A stretch of DNA of 63,291 bases, filler included, from Octopus bimaculoides (GCF_001194135.2; 5 parts of 5 records of this genome joined end to end with filler, not necessarily neighbours in it); one strand, 5' to 3'. Numbered from the whole stretch's first letter, positions 13,124 to 27,274 are shown. Numbers and translations: made by a program. The notes: generated by a model from the sequence alone, not told the origin.

Positions 13124-13150
13124 GTCGTCGTCGTCGTCGTCATCGTCATT
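12060..13150. repeat. Compound microsatellite field: (GAT)n, (GGT)n, (GCT)n, (TG)n, (CAT)n
   Basis: Directly visible. Similar fields lie at 9530-9860, 14260-15310, 16300-16480, 35725-35905, 47200-47470 and 62455-63100. Confidence 0.95.
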
Positions 13151-13439
13151 TAACATCCTTTTTTCCATGCTGGCATGGGTCAGATGGTTTGACAGGGACT
13201 GAAAAGCTGGAGAGCCGCCCTGGGCTCTACTCTGTTTCGGCTTGAATGCCCTTCCTAATGCCAATCGCTCCACAGAGTGTAACAGGTGTTTTTTATGTGT
13301 CACCATCACAAGTGCCTTTTACATGTCACTGACATGGCTGCCTTACATGTGTCACTGTGCCACGGATGCCTTTTATGTGCCACCAGCACTGGCCATGACT
13401 ATGATTTCTCTTGACATGTCTTCTCAACCATGACATAAT

Positions 13440-13610
13440 GCCAAAGGTCTCAATTACTTGGCATCCCCTCCATGAAACTTAGCATCCAAACATCATCCTT
13501 CATCACCATGTTCCATATCTTCCTGGATCTACTTCTTCCACAGATTCCCTCCACAGAGATTGGCACTTCTTTATACAGCTGTCTTCATCCATATTTTCTG
13601 CTATTCACGT
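13440..13610 (-). mobile_element. Degenerate RTE LINE 3' fragment
   Basis: The minus strand gives MDEDSCIKKCQSL/VEGICGRSRSRKIWNMVMKDD with a frameshift, matching the 1259 copy. Confidence 0.7.
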
Positions 13611-14413
13611 TCTTGGATCTTGAGAATATCTCCTGATACCTCATCACCAATATCTTCATATCTCTTTCTCTGCTTCCAACCCACTTCATGTACTATGATG
13701 TAGCAATATATGTCATCTTCTCAAGAAACCTATTCCTGTCTCTTCTTTCATACCCTCAACCTCTCAATACATAGTTTAAAGCTACTTCCCTCTCTACCAT
13801 ATTCACACTCTCAGTCAAAAAAAAATAAATTTTTAGCATACAGATTGCATAGCAACCTAACTAGTGCTAGTGCAATGCAAAAAGCATCTAAGACACACTG
13901 TGAAGTGATTGACATTAGATAAGACATCAAGCTATTGAATCTATGCCAAAACAGACAGTGGAGCAGGACTCTGTCCTCCAATTTGCTGTATCTTGTTGAA
14001 CCATCCAACTCATGGAAGACAACTGGGAAATGATGATGATGACAATGGTGATATACAAACATAAAATACACATACACATATATAGATATACACAAACACA
14101 CACATATATATACATATGCATATATTTCCAAGGTGGTTGGCATTAGGAAGGGCATCCCACCATAAAGACCATGCCAAAACAGACAGGGAAGCTTAGTGCA
14201 GTCTTCTGGCTAGTCATCTCCTGTTAAGCCATCCAAACTACACCAGCAGAGAAAACAGACTTTCAATGATAATGACGACGACGATGATGATGACAATGCT
14301 GATGACGATGACAACAACAACGATGACGACATAGATGTGTATGTATATATGTATATATGTATATGTATATATGTATGTGTGTATATATTATATATATATG
14401 TGTATATATATGC

Positions 14414-14450
<37 letters not shown>

Positions 14451-15224
14451 CACACACTGTTATAATAAAGAAACTTACGCATGAAAATGTGCATATATAG
14501 ATATTATACGTGTAATATATGGTTTGAGATAGAAATATATTTATAGATATTATCTATATAATGACATCNNNNNNNNNNNNNNNNNNNNNNNNNNNNNNNN
14601 NNNNNNNNNNNNNNNNNNNNNNNNNNNNNNNNNNNNNNNNNNNNNNNNNNNNNNNNNNNNNNNNNNNNNNNNNNNNNNNNNNNNNNNNNNNNNNNNNNNN
14701 NNNNNNNNNNNNNNNNNNNNNNNNNNNNNNNNNNNNNNNNNNNNNNNNNNNNNNNNNNNNNNNNNNNNNNNNNNNNNNNNNNNNNNNNNNNNNNNNNNNN
14801 NNNNNNNNNNNNNNNNNNNNNNNNNNNNNNTATATATATATATATATATATATATGCATATATATGCATATATGTGCAGAAATATATATCCATAAATTTA
14901 TAAATATGCATATATGTGTGTGTGTATTTATCTTTGTGTACATGTTTATGCGCATATATACTAGTGTACACACGCACAAACACACACACACACACATATT
15001 CATATTCACATATAATCATATGTATATAGGTACAAAAATATCGAAACTTACTCATAAACTGTGAAATATATGTGTATGTGTGTGTATGTGTATGTATATG
15101 TGTATGTCTGTATACATATATACATACATACTTGTATATATACATAAATACATGTGAGTGTGTGTAAAAATATGTATGTATGTTATATATGTATATGTAT
15201 CTATATATATTTGTTTATATATAC

Positions 15225-15255
<31 letters not shown>

Positions 15256-15257
15256 TG

Positions 15258-15309
<52 letters not shown>

Positions 15310-16302
15310 TTAATATTTCTAAGTCTCTCTAAAGGAGACTACGGCAGCGGTACTGGCGATAACTATTAATTTATATATATATATATATATACATACATAC
15401 ATTCTGTCTTTTGTCTGTGCTTATGTCTAATATACACACAACACATATATATACACACGCACAGAACCACACACTGAAACACACATACACGCATGCAGAC
15501 ATTCAATGTTTGTGTGTGTGTGTGTGTACCAGTCATTGAGAAGTTATAGAAGTGCAAGGTTAGAGAAGATATCTGAGACTTAAGAAAAGAAAAGAAGCAA
15601 AATAATAATAATAACAATAATAACAACAATAATAACAACAACAATAAAAATATGCAAACAAGTGCTCTGAGAAGTAAAACAATAATAATAATAATAATAT
15701 CAATAATAATAATAATAAAAACAAAGACCCAAATAAAGAGAAAGAATGAAAGAAAGAAGGAAAGAAAGAAGGTGAAATGAAAAAGCATACAAAAGAGTCA
15801 TTTATTCACATACAGTTGCATGATGGGATATTTTAAATGAAGTGATTGAAGTAGAAATGTCTTGTTTTGAAAGAATGGAACTGGTAGATATAGTGGGGTG
15901 GGGGGTTGGGAGAGGTTGAATGAGAAGTGTGGTGGTGGAAGGGGTGGCTGGNNNNNNNNNNNNNNNNNNNNNNNNNNNNNNNNNNNNNNNNNNNNNNNNN
16001 NNNNNNNNNNNNNNNNNNNNNNNNNNNNNNNNNNNNNNNNNNNNNNNNNNNNNNNNNNNNNNNNNNNNNNNNNNNNNNNNNNNNNNNNNNNNNNNNNNNN
16101 NNNNNNNNNNNNNNNNNNNNNNNNNNNNNNNNNNNNNNNNNNNNNNNNNNNNNNNNNNNNNNNNNNNNNNNNNNNNNNNNNNNNNNNNNNNNNNNNNNNN
16201 NNNNNNNNNNNNNNNNNNNNNNNNNNNNNNNNNNNNNNNNNNNNNNNNNNNNNNNNNNNNNNNNNNNNNNNNNNNNNNNNNNNNNNNNNNNNNNNNNNNN
16301 NG

Positions 16303-16393
<91 letters not shown>

Positions 16394-16422
16394 TGACAAT
16401 GACAGTAATAATAATGATGATG

Positions 16423-16456
<34 letters not shown>

Positions 16457-16873
16457 TAATAATAATGATAATAATAATAACAAAAGCAATTAAATGTTAT
16501 ACATGAGAGTTACCAAATATGTACAGAGTAATGGGGTTGGGTGGGGACAAGACAGTTATGTAACAGCGAGGAATGGATAAAGATGCTATACAATGAATCT
16601 AGGAAAGATTTGAAATGAAAACTCAGAATATATAATTATGTAACACATAACAATACAATCTCTTTGTAATTTAATAAAAAAAAAAATACCATTAGAAATA
16701 TTTAGAAATATTTGGGGCAGCTTACCCACACAAGAGGACAGAATCCACCTGCTGGTTTGGGCCACAGCATTCTGTCTGACAATAATGACCTCTTGGCACT
16801 TGTGAAAATTGTTATACGAGACAGTATCAAAAGGTTCCCAGAGTCGTTATGTTTAATAAAAGAATTCACTTAT

Positions 16874-17518
16874 CTACCTAAGTTTTAGCATCGTCTCCCT
16901 TGAAATAGTCATCTTGTACTGGTCCCAGTGTTCCTGCTGCTTTTGGAATCTGGCCTGGAAGTTGATTTCTGTAAGCATGTCGAGGATCTTCTGTGATTCA
17001 TTCTGGATCTTGACAATGGGGTTAAAAAGGTGACCTTTGAGCTGTATTTTCATCTTGGAGGAAGAGATGGAAGTCTGCAGGTGGTAAATCTGGGGAATAG
17101 GACAGGTGTGGAAGCAATACTCTCTTGTTTTTGGTGGGAAACTCACAAGTGACAAGAGCTTAGTGACAGAATGCATTGCCATCGTGAAGAATCCACTTCT
17201 TCACACTTCTTTCATTGAATGTCCTTCCTGAAATGCTTCAGAACAACACAGTAAAACTCTCGATTAACAGTCTGGCCCTAGGGGATGAATTCTCAAAGTA
17301 CAATACTATATTTCCGGGGTTGACACCCATGGCAGGTCTTCCAGTTCACTTATCATCTTCCAAGGAAGTTCTGCTTTTGAAGTGCACGTGCCACACGAAA
17401 CATTACATACTAATTATTGCCTCATCCCTGTAAGCTTGCTGAAGCATGCTCAATGTTTCTGTTGCAGACTCACCAAATTTAATGCAAAATTTTACATTGG
17501 CTCTTTGTTCCTGTCCAT
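16874..17518 (-). mobile_element. Internally deleted mariner transposase relic
   Basis: The N-terminal part reads (LG)ESATETLSMLQQAYRDEA. The catalytic region reads WILHDGNAFCH...LPHLSYSPDLPPADFHLF...KMKIQLKG...QGDYFKGD-like. Stops and frameshifts are present. Confidence 0.85.
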
Positions 17519-17769
17519 GACAAAATTGCAGATTACAGCACAAAAACACAAATTCCACAACTTGCAAAATAAGCACAGCAATGTCAGGTAAGTGATTCTA
17601 CAAGACCTAGGGCTCATAGAACCAGTTACCTGATTCCTATTGTGTATAAAAAATCGAATCAACCAGCTGAAGGAGATGTCTTCCTGAGGTTAAATTGCAA
17701 TATTGTCATCTCCTAGAGAACACCCATGGGGATAAACACTAAACACAACCATTTATTTTTTACTTCTCA

Positions 17770-18010
17770 AAAACTCAAACCAATCTTTGTAAGATTTAAA
17801 TCCTTCGGGCACCTCATCACTGTCAGCAGAATTACGAGAAGCATCTCATTCACGTTGATTCTAAAAGAGACTTAGCTTTTTTCACAAATAAATGCTTCAC
17901 TCTCTAAATCACCAGCTAATTGTTTCTCTTTCATCCACACTAATAAGAGATTTTTTTCCATCTCATCAGTATGCGAGGCACGAGTATTGTTAAGCCGTTG
18001 GTTCTGTCTC
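17770..18010 (-). mobile_element. Second Tigger/pogo transposase fragment (CENP-B HTH)
   Basis: DEMEKNLLLVWMKEKQLAGDLESEAFICEKAKSLL, followed by EGFKSYKDWFE. Confidence 0.75.
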
Positions 18011-18292
18011 AGATAAAATAATAATCTTGAATGATGCTACAGATTCACAAAAACATCTGTGGTTGGCTTAGAGGCTAATTTGTTTTGATGTGAAAAGGCT
18101 ATGGGTTTGTTTTCTTTAATGGCAGCCAATTTGCATGGGTGCACCCAAGTGATCTTTCGTTATCTTAATTTTCATTCATTAAACTTGTGTGGAAGTCTTT
18201 TGTTGTTGACACAATTTTATTTGTTGCTGAACTAAAGAAAAGAACATTTGATACCATGGTTTCCAAAAACATGAATGTTATCGCAGAGAGAA

Positions 18293-18359
<67 letters not shown>

Positions 18360-18517
18360 CACACACACATACACGCACACACACATCAGTAAGGAACACA
18401 AATCTTGCTCATGATGATGATGTTATGTACTGTATGATAACAAACATTTGTTTTACATACATACATACATGCATACATATATACATACATAGAGATATAT
18501 ATACATATAATAATATG

Positions 18518-18588
<71 letters not shown>

Positions 18589-18632
18589 NNNNNNNNNNNN
18601 NNNNNNNNNNNNNNNNNNNNNNNNNNNNNNNN

Positions 18633-18644
18633 TTAATTAATTAA
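18633..18644. other. Assembly linker TTAATTAATTAA inside a 100-bp gap (also 49480, 54601, 59941)
   Basis: The identical 12-mer, with stops in all six frames, is flanked by 44 Ns on each side at four places. It is not biological. Confidence 0.9.
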
Positions 18645-21611
18645 NNNNNNNNNNNNNNNNNNNNNNNNNNNNNNNNNNNNNNNNNNNNAGAAACTTTGAA
18701 TGATTACATTTTACTTTGAATTTTATTTTAAAATTGGATGTCTGAATCAACTAAAGAAGCCATTGTGCTATTTCTTTTATGCAACAGGCGTGTATTTGTC
18801 CACATGAGAGGATATTATCCAACGTGTCCATTCGTTTTTAAGACGAAAGAGTGCGTTTTGAGGGAGATTTGGATGCCTTTTCTAGTAGGTTGAGTGAACG
18901 TGCAGAGGCTCTTTCGTGACTGGCGATTACTTGACTTTTAGTAATCAGGAATTTGTCTTTCAAATGAGAAGAATGAATTGATGTGATGTCCATATAGTTC
19001 CTAAAAGTATAAACAACGTGAGTAAATTATGATGGCTACGATGCGAATTCAAAGCCTGTTTGTGATCTCGATGTGTTGGCTATCTTGTTTCTTTGTCTAT
19101 TCTAGGACATTCATCAATGTTGCATAAAGGTAATGTTAACACTTCGATGCACTTTGTTTTCTCTCGTTCAATTTGAATTGTTAGTAACAGAAGAATATGA
19201 AATCTCAGTAATAGACTGGGATAGCTTGTTGTTTAACCCCAGGTCAAATTTGATTAAGTAGGCCTATGACCCAACTCAGTGACATCTTAACACATGGTAG
19301 GCTTGACAGTTGCCCGGGACCCCACTGTAAATATATGTTGTGATCGCGTTTGTAGGGCCCCCTGTGCGCTGCTTTGCTCGGTGTGCGTGTGGGGGTGTGG
19401 GGGGATGGACTATAATACTGTTATTGGCTCTGTTCCAACATTTTGTATATCTAGGACTAAATTGTTCAATGTGTCCTTCCTTTTAAAGAAGATGTGATTT
19501 GAATGCAATTTGGCCGATAGTTCAAACACTTCGAAATCAGTAATCATTGAGATTGTTTGAATTCTAAAATTGACCAATTTTTCCACATTAATGATCTCAA
19601 ATTAATGGCAGAAACATATCGTCTGATCTTAGAAGACCTGAAAAACAACCATCTTGCCCCGTTGATGATGAGAAACGATGGTTTCACACACCTCTCTGCA
19701 CATATTATACCAGTCATTTACCGTACTAGAAACACACAATTAGATTAGGTCACTATTTGCTTCCATTCCGAACCCTCCTCACACAAGCTCAAACAATCTA
19801 CTTGGAACGTTGATATCACCCGCAAGATTTCAAATAAACCCACAAAATAATGCATCCAATGTATCCTTCTTTTTTCAAGGCAAGCGGGTTTAATTTTAAA
19901 CCGATTCGTCAAGAATTTCTAACAGATCGGTCGAGTGACTGTGCAGAGGTTCCTTTGTTATCTTATTGTAGAGACATTTTTTGAACGTGTATTGTATTTC
20001 CTCAACTACAATCCCAGAACGATGAGCAATTTGAGCCTTTAGCATTGTGTATGTGTTTCGTGGTGGGAACGATGTGCTAAGAGTGACTATGATTGTGGGC
20101 AAGTATTTGCTTGGCCACCAACAAAGCGATAATGCCACTTTGTCTCTCTTCCCCACTCAGAGGAAAGATAAGAGCAGGAAACGTTAAAATTCTCATACCC
20201 GACCACAGTAGTAATCAAACGGTTCCATAAAATTCTTATCGAGTAATTGGTACCGATACAAACGACCACCAGTTTATTTGGGGACTAGATTTTACCCTAT
20301 GTGTCAGGAGTGATTGAGGTAATTTCGGCTGGATGACTGGATAAGAGGAAAATAAGATAGTTAGCGACAAGTAAATTTTTCTAAGTAAGCCAGTGTAGTT
20401 TTTGATCTGATGATAAATTTCATTTTATTTCCAGAAGCTATCTTACTCTCTACCCTGCCAACCTGAGCGCAGTTTAGAAGTAAAATCAATAGCAAGGACT
20501 TAAGATAGTGGATCGTTTGACGAATTTTGCTAAAATTCTTACTACGATCCATTAATATATGCCTCTTTTTATTGCGATCAGCTTGAGCATTTACTAGTTT
20601 TCGTATTAACCGTATTGTGGTTATTTGGAGATACGTACAATACTCTTCTGTGTTTGTTTAGATATAAATATTGTGCTTCCGCGTGTTAGGTGTATTTAAC
20701 GAGGGTTTTAGAATTTACTGGGACCTTAAAAGTGACACTTTGCATTATTTATGGCGGAGGACAATGGAAAGTAGTGATGATGCATATCAAATAGCAAGTG
20801 TTTAGAACTTAGAATATCGTGTACACATGTACTAAAAATCTTGATTTCCAAATCGAGAGACTGTCTTTTCGTTCTTTGTGCTGATAAAGCTGGAAATAGA
20901 TAAAATAATTTGGGGCATTACAACTCTGTGTGTATGTGTATGTGTGTGTGTGTGTGTGTGTGCGAGTGCGCGTGTGTGCGTGTGTATATATGTATGTATG
21001 TATTATGTATGCTTTTTTAATTGGCCATCTGCTTGATAACAATGGTTATGAAGAAAAGCATCTTGTTTTGTTCAACATCATATTAAATCTTAAGAAGGTC
21101 TTGCTGACTTACATTTTTCTAGATACCGTGATCATTTGTTGCACTCTCAGTCTGCCGGTCAGTCTGCCTGCATATATATACGTATGTATGGATAGATAGA
21201 TGGATGTGTGTGTATGTATATATGCACACACATACATACATACTCACACACAGAGTAATAATTTAAGAAGTCCATACGATGCGGTTTTGTATTAAACAAT
21301 CTATTTCCCTTCTATGTCTTAATATATTATCACTGCAGCTGATATTTCGGTTTAAAACACTCTAGAACAAAATTCTGATGAAATCACTGGACTTCAGATA
21401 ATGTTCCGATTTAACAGCGTCGTTTAGAGGTTGTTGACTTACCAGTTCAATATTTTCCGGCAGATGTTCTTGAGAATGAACTACCTAAGCAAGTTTTACG
21501 GCCGAAAAAGGAATTCGTATTCTTTTAACTCCATATTTGCAAGAAAAATCCATATGGAAAGAGAAAGGGAGAGTGAGGGAGAAAGAGTGAGTGAAAGGGG
21601 AGAGAGAGAGA

Positions 21612-21655
<44 letters not shown>

Positions 21656-22199
21656 TGGAAGTTCTTTTTTGTGGAACTGTTGCTGGCAGTTTTGTCTTGG
21701 TTTAGGAGTGGTAAAATGGAGGATTCCGCAAAGTTGGTTGAAATTCCCCTGGCAAATGACCAGAACGATAAGGGAGTTAACAATCTAGGGAGGAAGAACA
21801 GAAAAAAGTAGTTCTTTTGATGTTCTCCACACAAACATGCGTTGGCTGTCGATGAATACAATCTGATTTTTATCAGCAAACGCTGTAGTTTGCAATAGTT
21901 AAGGGAGTTTTCCTTTTAATGGATTTCAAACCAGGCTTTTTGCAGCTTACTTCGGAAGCAACAATTTCATTTCTGTGTAACGATGAAATATCCGTTAAAC
22001 ATTTCTAATTCCGTTATATAAACATTCATGGATTCCATTCCTATCAAAAAACATACCTTCTATCAACTCGTTAACTGCACACTCGATTCCCCTCTAAGAA
22101 AATGTATTCAATCCTTCAAACCAAACTACACTCACAAAAGTTTCGTCGAGAGTTGATGTGAGTATATAAAACACACTTTTCCAATCACTCTGAAGTTAT

Positions 22200-22350
22200 T
22201 ATAAATACTAGACCTTACATGCTGATCAATCTTGTCAATCTCACACACAAAACGTAGCTACAATCTTTTCAAGATTAGAAAACACTTCAGTTATGACCAG
22301 CTACTAACTCTCTATAAAGCTCCATGTAAGACCTACAACAAATCTTACTT
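22200..22350 (+). mobile_element. CR1/Jockey-group LINE RT C-terminal fragment
   Basis: RSYNLFKIRKHFSYDQLLTLYKA followed by VRPT after a frameshift. Confidence 0.55.
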
Positions 22351-22355
22351 GAACA

Positions 22356-22563
22356 TACGAGAGCGTGCTGAAAAGCTGCTGGCTTTAAGGCCTGGTTGGA
22401 GGCTCAAACTTCCGAGTTCTTTTACTGGGCTTAGAAAAACTGAAAGACCGCTGCAATAAGTGCGTGAATCTGAGAGGAGAATATGTTGAATAAAATCATA
22501 ATTAACTGATCCTCCTGTATTTTCTTTTACTCAAAGCCAGAAACTTTTCAGTACTCTGTCGCA
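22356..22563 (+). mobile_element. Non-autonomous mariner MITE (~210 bp)
   Basis: It has TIR-like ends (cgagagcgtgctgaaaag ... cttttcagtactctgtcg) and retains the transposase C-terminus DRCNKCVNLRGEYVE*. It is homologous to 40509-40728. Confidence 0.8.
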
Positions 22564-22879
22564 AAGTTCGGGCCACAAATTTTGAAGGGTTTCATTGCTA
22601 CACACAACAAGAATACCGAACTGCATCGAAAATGTCATGTAAGCGATTATCAAAATATCACACTTCAACTCACTACACTGGCTTCACTGATGCTCTACTT
22701 CCTATCTTTCTGCATATTCTCTTAAGACTCCAGTGTCCACGGTTTCTTTGAACTCTCTTGTAACACATTATCTCTATCCAGGATCACTTGACAAATATGT
22801 CTATCTCTCATTTTATTCCCGTCCCTGCTGTGATATTGTGAGAGGAAGGAGCTGTACTTGCGGCTTTCGTAGTCTTTGA

Positions 22880-23190
22880 AAGGCTTGTGCAACTGAAGCG
22901 GCTGTCGTTAAGTTTGAAGTCAACTAGTGCAAGTCAATCTCTGCAAGAAAAACACGGGAATGGAATTTCAAAGGATTGGCATCTAGGGAGGACGGATTGG
23001 CTGTAGTGTCGAGTATAGTGTGATAGAGACGAGAGAAGAAGAGTGACGAGTATGCCGAAAGGGCTTGGATGGGAGTGATATACGATTAGCTAATCCTGAG
23101 GAACAGTGGCCATTGAGCTTGAGGGAGAAGAGGGAATGAGATGGCACGTCTGTAGGCTACAGATATTGGAGTGTGTTGGCGAGTGATATA
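22880..23190 (-). mobile_element. CR1/Jockey-group LINE 3' fragment
   Basis: HRRAIS/SLF...NGHCSSGLAN...RHTR...HYSQSVLPR..NSIP resembles HRR.VASLSLFY..NG.CSSEL...NSFFPRT..LWNSLP. Confidence 0.55.
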
Positions 23191-23397
23191 CGTATGAGTG
23201 TATATACACATACACTCGCATATTTATGTATGTATGTATGTATGTATGTATGTATGTATGTATGTCTATTGCTTTATTTAATTTAAATGTATTTTAGTTA
23301 TTTAGGCATTATCTATTAACTTCTGCCATTTGGTTTTTCTGTGCTACCACCATGTATGTGTGTACGAGTATATATATATATATATGAATATATATAT

Positions 23398-23444
<47 letters not shown>

Positions 23445-23931
23445 NNNNNNNNNNNNNNNNNNNNNNNNNNNNNNNNNNNNNNNNNNNNNNNNNNNNNNNN
23501 NNNNNNNNNNNNNNNNNNNNNNNNNNNNNNNNNNNNNNNNNNNNNNNNNNNNNNNNNNNNNNNNNNNNNNNNNNNNNNNNNNNNNNNNNNNNNNNNNNNN
23601 NNNNNNNNNNNNNNNNNNNNNNNNNNNNNNNNNNNNNNNNNNNNNNNNNNNNNNNNNNNNNNNNNNNNNNNNNNNNNNNNNNNNNNNNNNNNNNNNNNNN
23701 NNNNNNNNNNNNNNNNNNNNNNNNNNNNNNNNNNNNNNNNNNNNNNNNNNNNNNNNNNNNNNNNNNNNNNNNNNNNNNNNNNNNNNNNNNNNNNNNNNNN
23801 NNNNNNNNNNNNNNNNNNNNNNNNNNNNNNNNNNNNNNNNNNNNNNNNNNNNNNNNNNNNNNNNNNNNNNNNNNNNNNNNNNNNNNNNNNNNNNNNNNNN
23901 NNNNNNNNNNNNNNNNNNNNNNNNNNNNNNN

Positions 23932-23965
<34 letters not shown>

Positions 23966-24629
23966 TCATACATATATATACACATACACACACACATACA
24001 CACACACATATATACTCGTACGCAAATACATGTTCATATACATGTTGGTAGTACATAAAAAAACAACTGGCAGAATTTAAATAATTGCTAAATAACTAGA
24101 AACATTGAAATTAAAGCAAAAGAAGTTTTTAAAATTCAACAGGCCAAATCGATAGTTTTCCTAATTTTGAGGATAAGAGAAATCATTTTGCTAATAGATT
24201 TTAGTCTCCATTGAAATAAAACTAGGTAGTGTTTTATACAAGATATGATTCATGAAGAATATATTCATAGTATAGGAAATAATAAAAATCCAACAAGCTT
24301 TAAAAATATAAAAAAATCTAACAGAAATTCCAACCAGGAAGTAGAAATATATTCAGCCTTTAGGGAGAGTAAAGTTTTGCTTAATAAACTTGTTTTAGTG
24401 ACGACATTTTGAAATTAGTTCATTCTTAGAATTCAGCAGGATGAGCGGTCGTTATATTTACATAAGGAAGATCCAAATTTTCAAGAATATGCTTTGGAAA
24501 ATCCTACCACTCACCGACAACAATATCTTAATGTTTGTGATGCCTTCATTTTTCTATTAAAAGAAAAGTAGTACCTCTTTTCTCTGGATGTCTAAAAGAA
24601 TATTTTCGGTGTGAATCTGGAGAAAAACT

Positions 24630-24960
24630 GAACTCTAGCCTTCATGAGTCGTACTAGTAAGATCGTGTTGAATGTGATCCAAGAAATACTCGTCACTATT
24701 GTCAAAGTTGAGGTACTGGACACTTTGCGTCTGCATACATGAAATGTCGACGCTGGATGCAGTATATTTGTCAGAATAATCTTGCAGTTGAACTACCATT
24801 GCTCCCGGTGTTTGTGGACTATACGAAAGCCTTTGATACCAATAATCTATGAGATCTGGATACTCTAGAAGACATGGTAAGATTGACTGAAGATCTCTAC
24901 ATTGAATCTCATAGTACCACGTTCTGGGAAGAAATCAAGATGCTTCACAGTTCAGTACTT
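24630..24960 (+). mobile_element. Degenerate RTE-type reverse transcriptase fragment
   Basis: LAFMSRTSKIVLNVIQEIL and ELPLLPVFVDYTKAFDT resemble the RT motifs I-L-SH-SK and F-D--KAFD. Confidence 0.6.
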
Positions 24961-25249
24961 TTAAGCTGCAATGATGTCCACTCTTACCAGTATTGCGTTT
25001 AACCTCAGGAATAACTCATGCGTGAACGGACTACATGAACAGCGCATTTAACAACATCTGATATGTAAAGAATGCACTGTACAGAGTAAAAATTTGTGAA
25101 CAAACAAGTATTGTTGGTATTCAAGGAAGTTGACGAACAGGAAATGCTGTCACCTTCAGAAGTATTGCTGTATGAATGTTGCGGGCAACACACACATCCT
25201 GGAATAACAAAATAAGAGAAGAGCATCGCTTAGGTAAAGAAGGCATAGC

Positions 25250-25580
25250 AATGATGTTTTTTAACTGGCACTCCGTTGGTTTCAACGGCAAGTGTTGCAG
25301 TTTATTCAATCAACGGAACAGCCTGCTCGTGAAAGTAGCGTGCAAGTGGCTGAGAACTCCCGACACAAGTAACCTTAATGTAGTTATCAGAAAGAATTAG
25401 CATGACACAAAATGTGACAAGGCTGGCCATTTGAAATACAGGTACTACTCATTTTTGCCAGCTAATTACACTGGAGTAACGTGAAATAAAGTGTTTTGCT
25501 CAAGGACACAATGTGCCACCGGGAATCGAAACTTACGATCATGAACCGAATACCCTTACCACTAAGCCACGCGCCTTCAC
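25250..25580 (-). mobile_element. tRNA-derived SINE of a further family
   Basis: The minus-strand head gtgaaggcgcgtggcttagtggtaaggg...ttcgattccc is followed by gtgtccttgagcaaaacactt. A related head lies at 192-270 (+). Confidence 0.7.
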
Positions 25581-25639
25581 GATGCCTTTTAACATGTTGA
25601 GTCTCTCTTTCTCTTTCTCTCTCCGCAGTGACCACTAGG

Positions 25640-25790
25640 ACGTTTTTCTTAGATCCAAATCCACTCCCTCATGTCACTTCTCACTCACACTATAGAGAAG
25701 TTCGGTGAAAGCTATGTTGTCTTAGATACCGGAAAAGTTTTTGACAGTGTCTGATATGCATATCTCTTATCAAAATTTTTCCGCCTTCAT
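25640..25790 (+). mobile_element. LINE RT fragment of the same group
   Basis: FGESYVVLDTGKVFDSV*YAYLLSK resembles FGES..VALDISKAFDRVWH..LLSK. Confidence 0.55.
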
Positions 25791-26024
25791 TCTCAGAAAG
25801 GCATGTGTTGACAGAGCTGTGTCTGTTTCACTTCCAGTCAATCCTGGTGCGCTATTTTTATGTCACCCACTCCTTTACTTCTATACATCAATGACCAACT
25901 TGTCGCCACGTCCAACAACGCTCACACTGCCACTTCTTATGTAACCATGAAAAGTTCTTAATGTCTCCTTTCAACTTGTTGAATTCTGTAAGTGAGCTAA
26001 TTTCGAAATGTCACCGAAACAAGT

Positions 26025-26047
26025 TCATTTGATGAATCTTTTTCTAC
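26025..26047 (-). CDS. Possible terminal coding exon (G)RKRFIK* of the knottin gene
   Basis: atattcaccctttAG|GT AGA AAA AGA TTC ATC AAA TGA in phase 1 would give ES-G-RKR, an amidation plus cleavage signal. A competing acceptor exists near 30797-30808. Confidence 0.25.
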
Positions 26048-26679
26048 CTAAAGGGTGAATATATTTCAACTTGCTGGTTGAAATTTCATTGAAATTCTCC
26101 GATACTTTTGGATGCTTCCTGAAATTCTATAAATATTCTATCAACTGAATATTTAAGATTCTCTTTTTTAACCCACATTTGTTTCAAACAATTTCTTATA
26201 GCTAGTTGTCGTTGAAAGAAATCTCGTAGTAGACTCAAAACTGTTAACGAACTGGTTCTTTTTTCTTCTCAAAACTGGGAAAAAATATATATAGAATTTA
26301 ACAATTAAATCCCACATTAAATAATTGCTAAATATTTTATTGTATTATATTTGCTTATCTAAGCACCTTTTAGCTGTTTTTCCTGTGCTGTCAATATAAA
26401 TGCCTGTTCTCCCTTAACCAATTCTTTTCTTTCTCTTTATATATCTGACGTTCTTCCTCTTTATATGACTAACGTTCGTTCTCTTCCTTCCTTCACAAAC
26501 TTGAATACATTCACCTCTTCCTTGCTTTTTTCGTTCCATTCAATCTGTTACTTAAATAATAACGAACCTTACACTTTTCTTATTTACTTTCAAACTTATT
26601 CCTTTAAATAACTTTTCTCCATAAAGCTATTGCTGATAATTGCGCCTGTAGTTTAGCAAACAATACATCTCATACTACC

Positions 26680-26720
<41 letters not shown>

Positions 26721-27212
26721 GTCTCTTTCTTTCTTTCTTTCTTTGTATATTTTTTATTGCTACTTTGTTCACCTTTTCTCTCTTATTTCTTTCTTACTCT
26801 CTGTCTTTTTCTTTCTATGCTCTGTTGCTTCACAGTGTGTTTCAGCTATCAATATTTTTTTCTGGACTTATATCTAAATACAATGTCCATCAACTACTAC
26901 TTTATACTTCCAAAAGTCTCATTAAGAAAAAAATCTCGTTTTGCCCAAATAAAGACCACCTACATAAGCATGCAACTTTAGAAGTGTGACCAAATTATAA
27001 AAGATAAAACAAGAAACAATATTTGGTAGGAGCAATTTATTAAGATTAAGCAGATAATAGTGAAATTATACTATAGTGGAATTTATTGGTGTATATTATT
27101 TTTTCAAGTACAATTGTATCATCATATCCGTAGAATTTGTAATACATATTTTCTGTGCTGCTCTCGCAACCAAACATGCATGTATTTGTATTATAATGTA
27201 TTATAATGTATA

Positions 27213-27274
<62 letters not shown>

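Noticed and set aside
19896-20156. 86-aa minus-strand ORF (…LKAQIAHRSGIVVEEIQYTF…)
   Set aside because: No recognisable motif or convincing splice sites.
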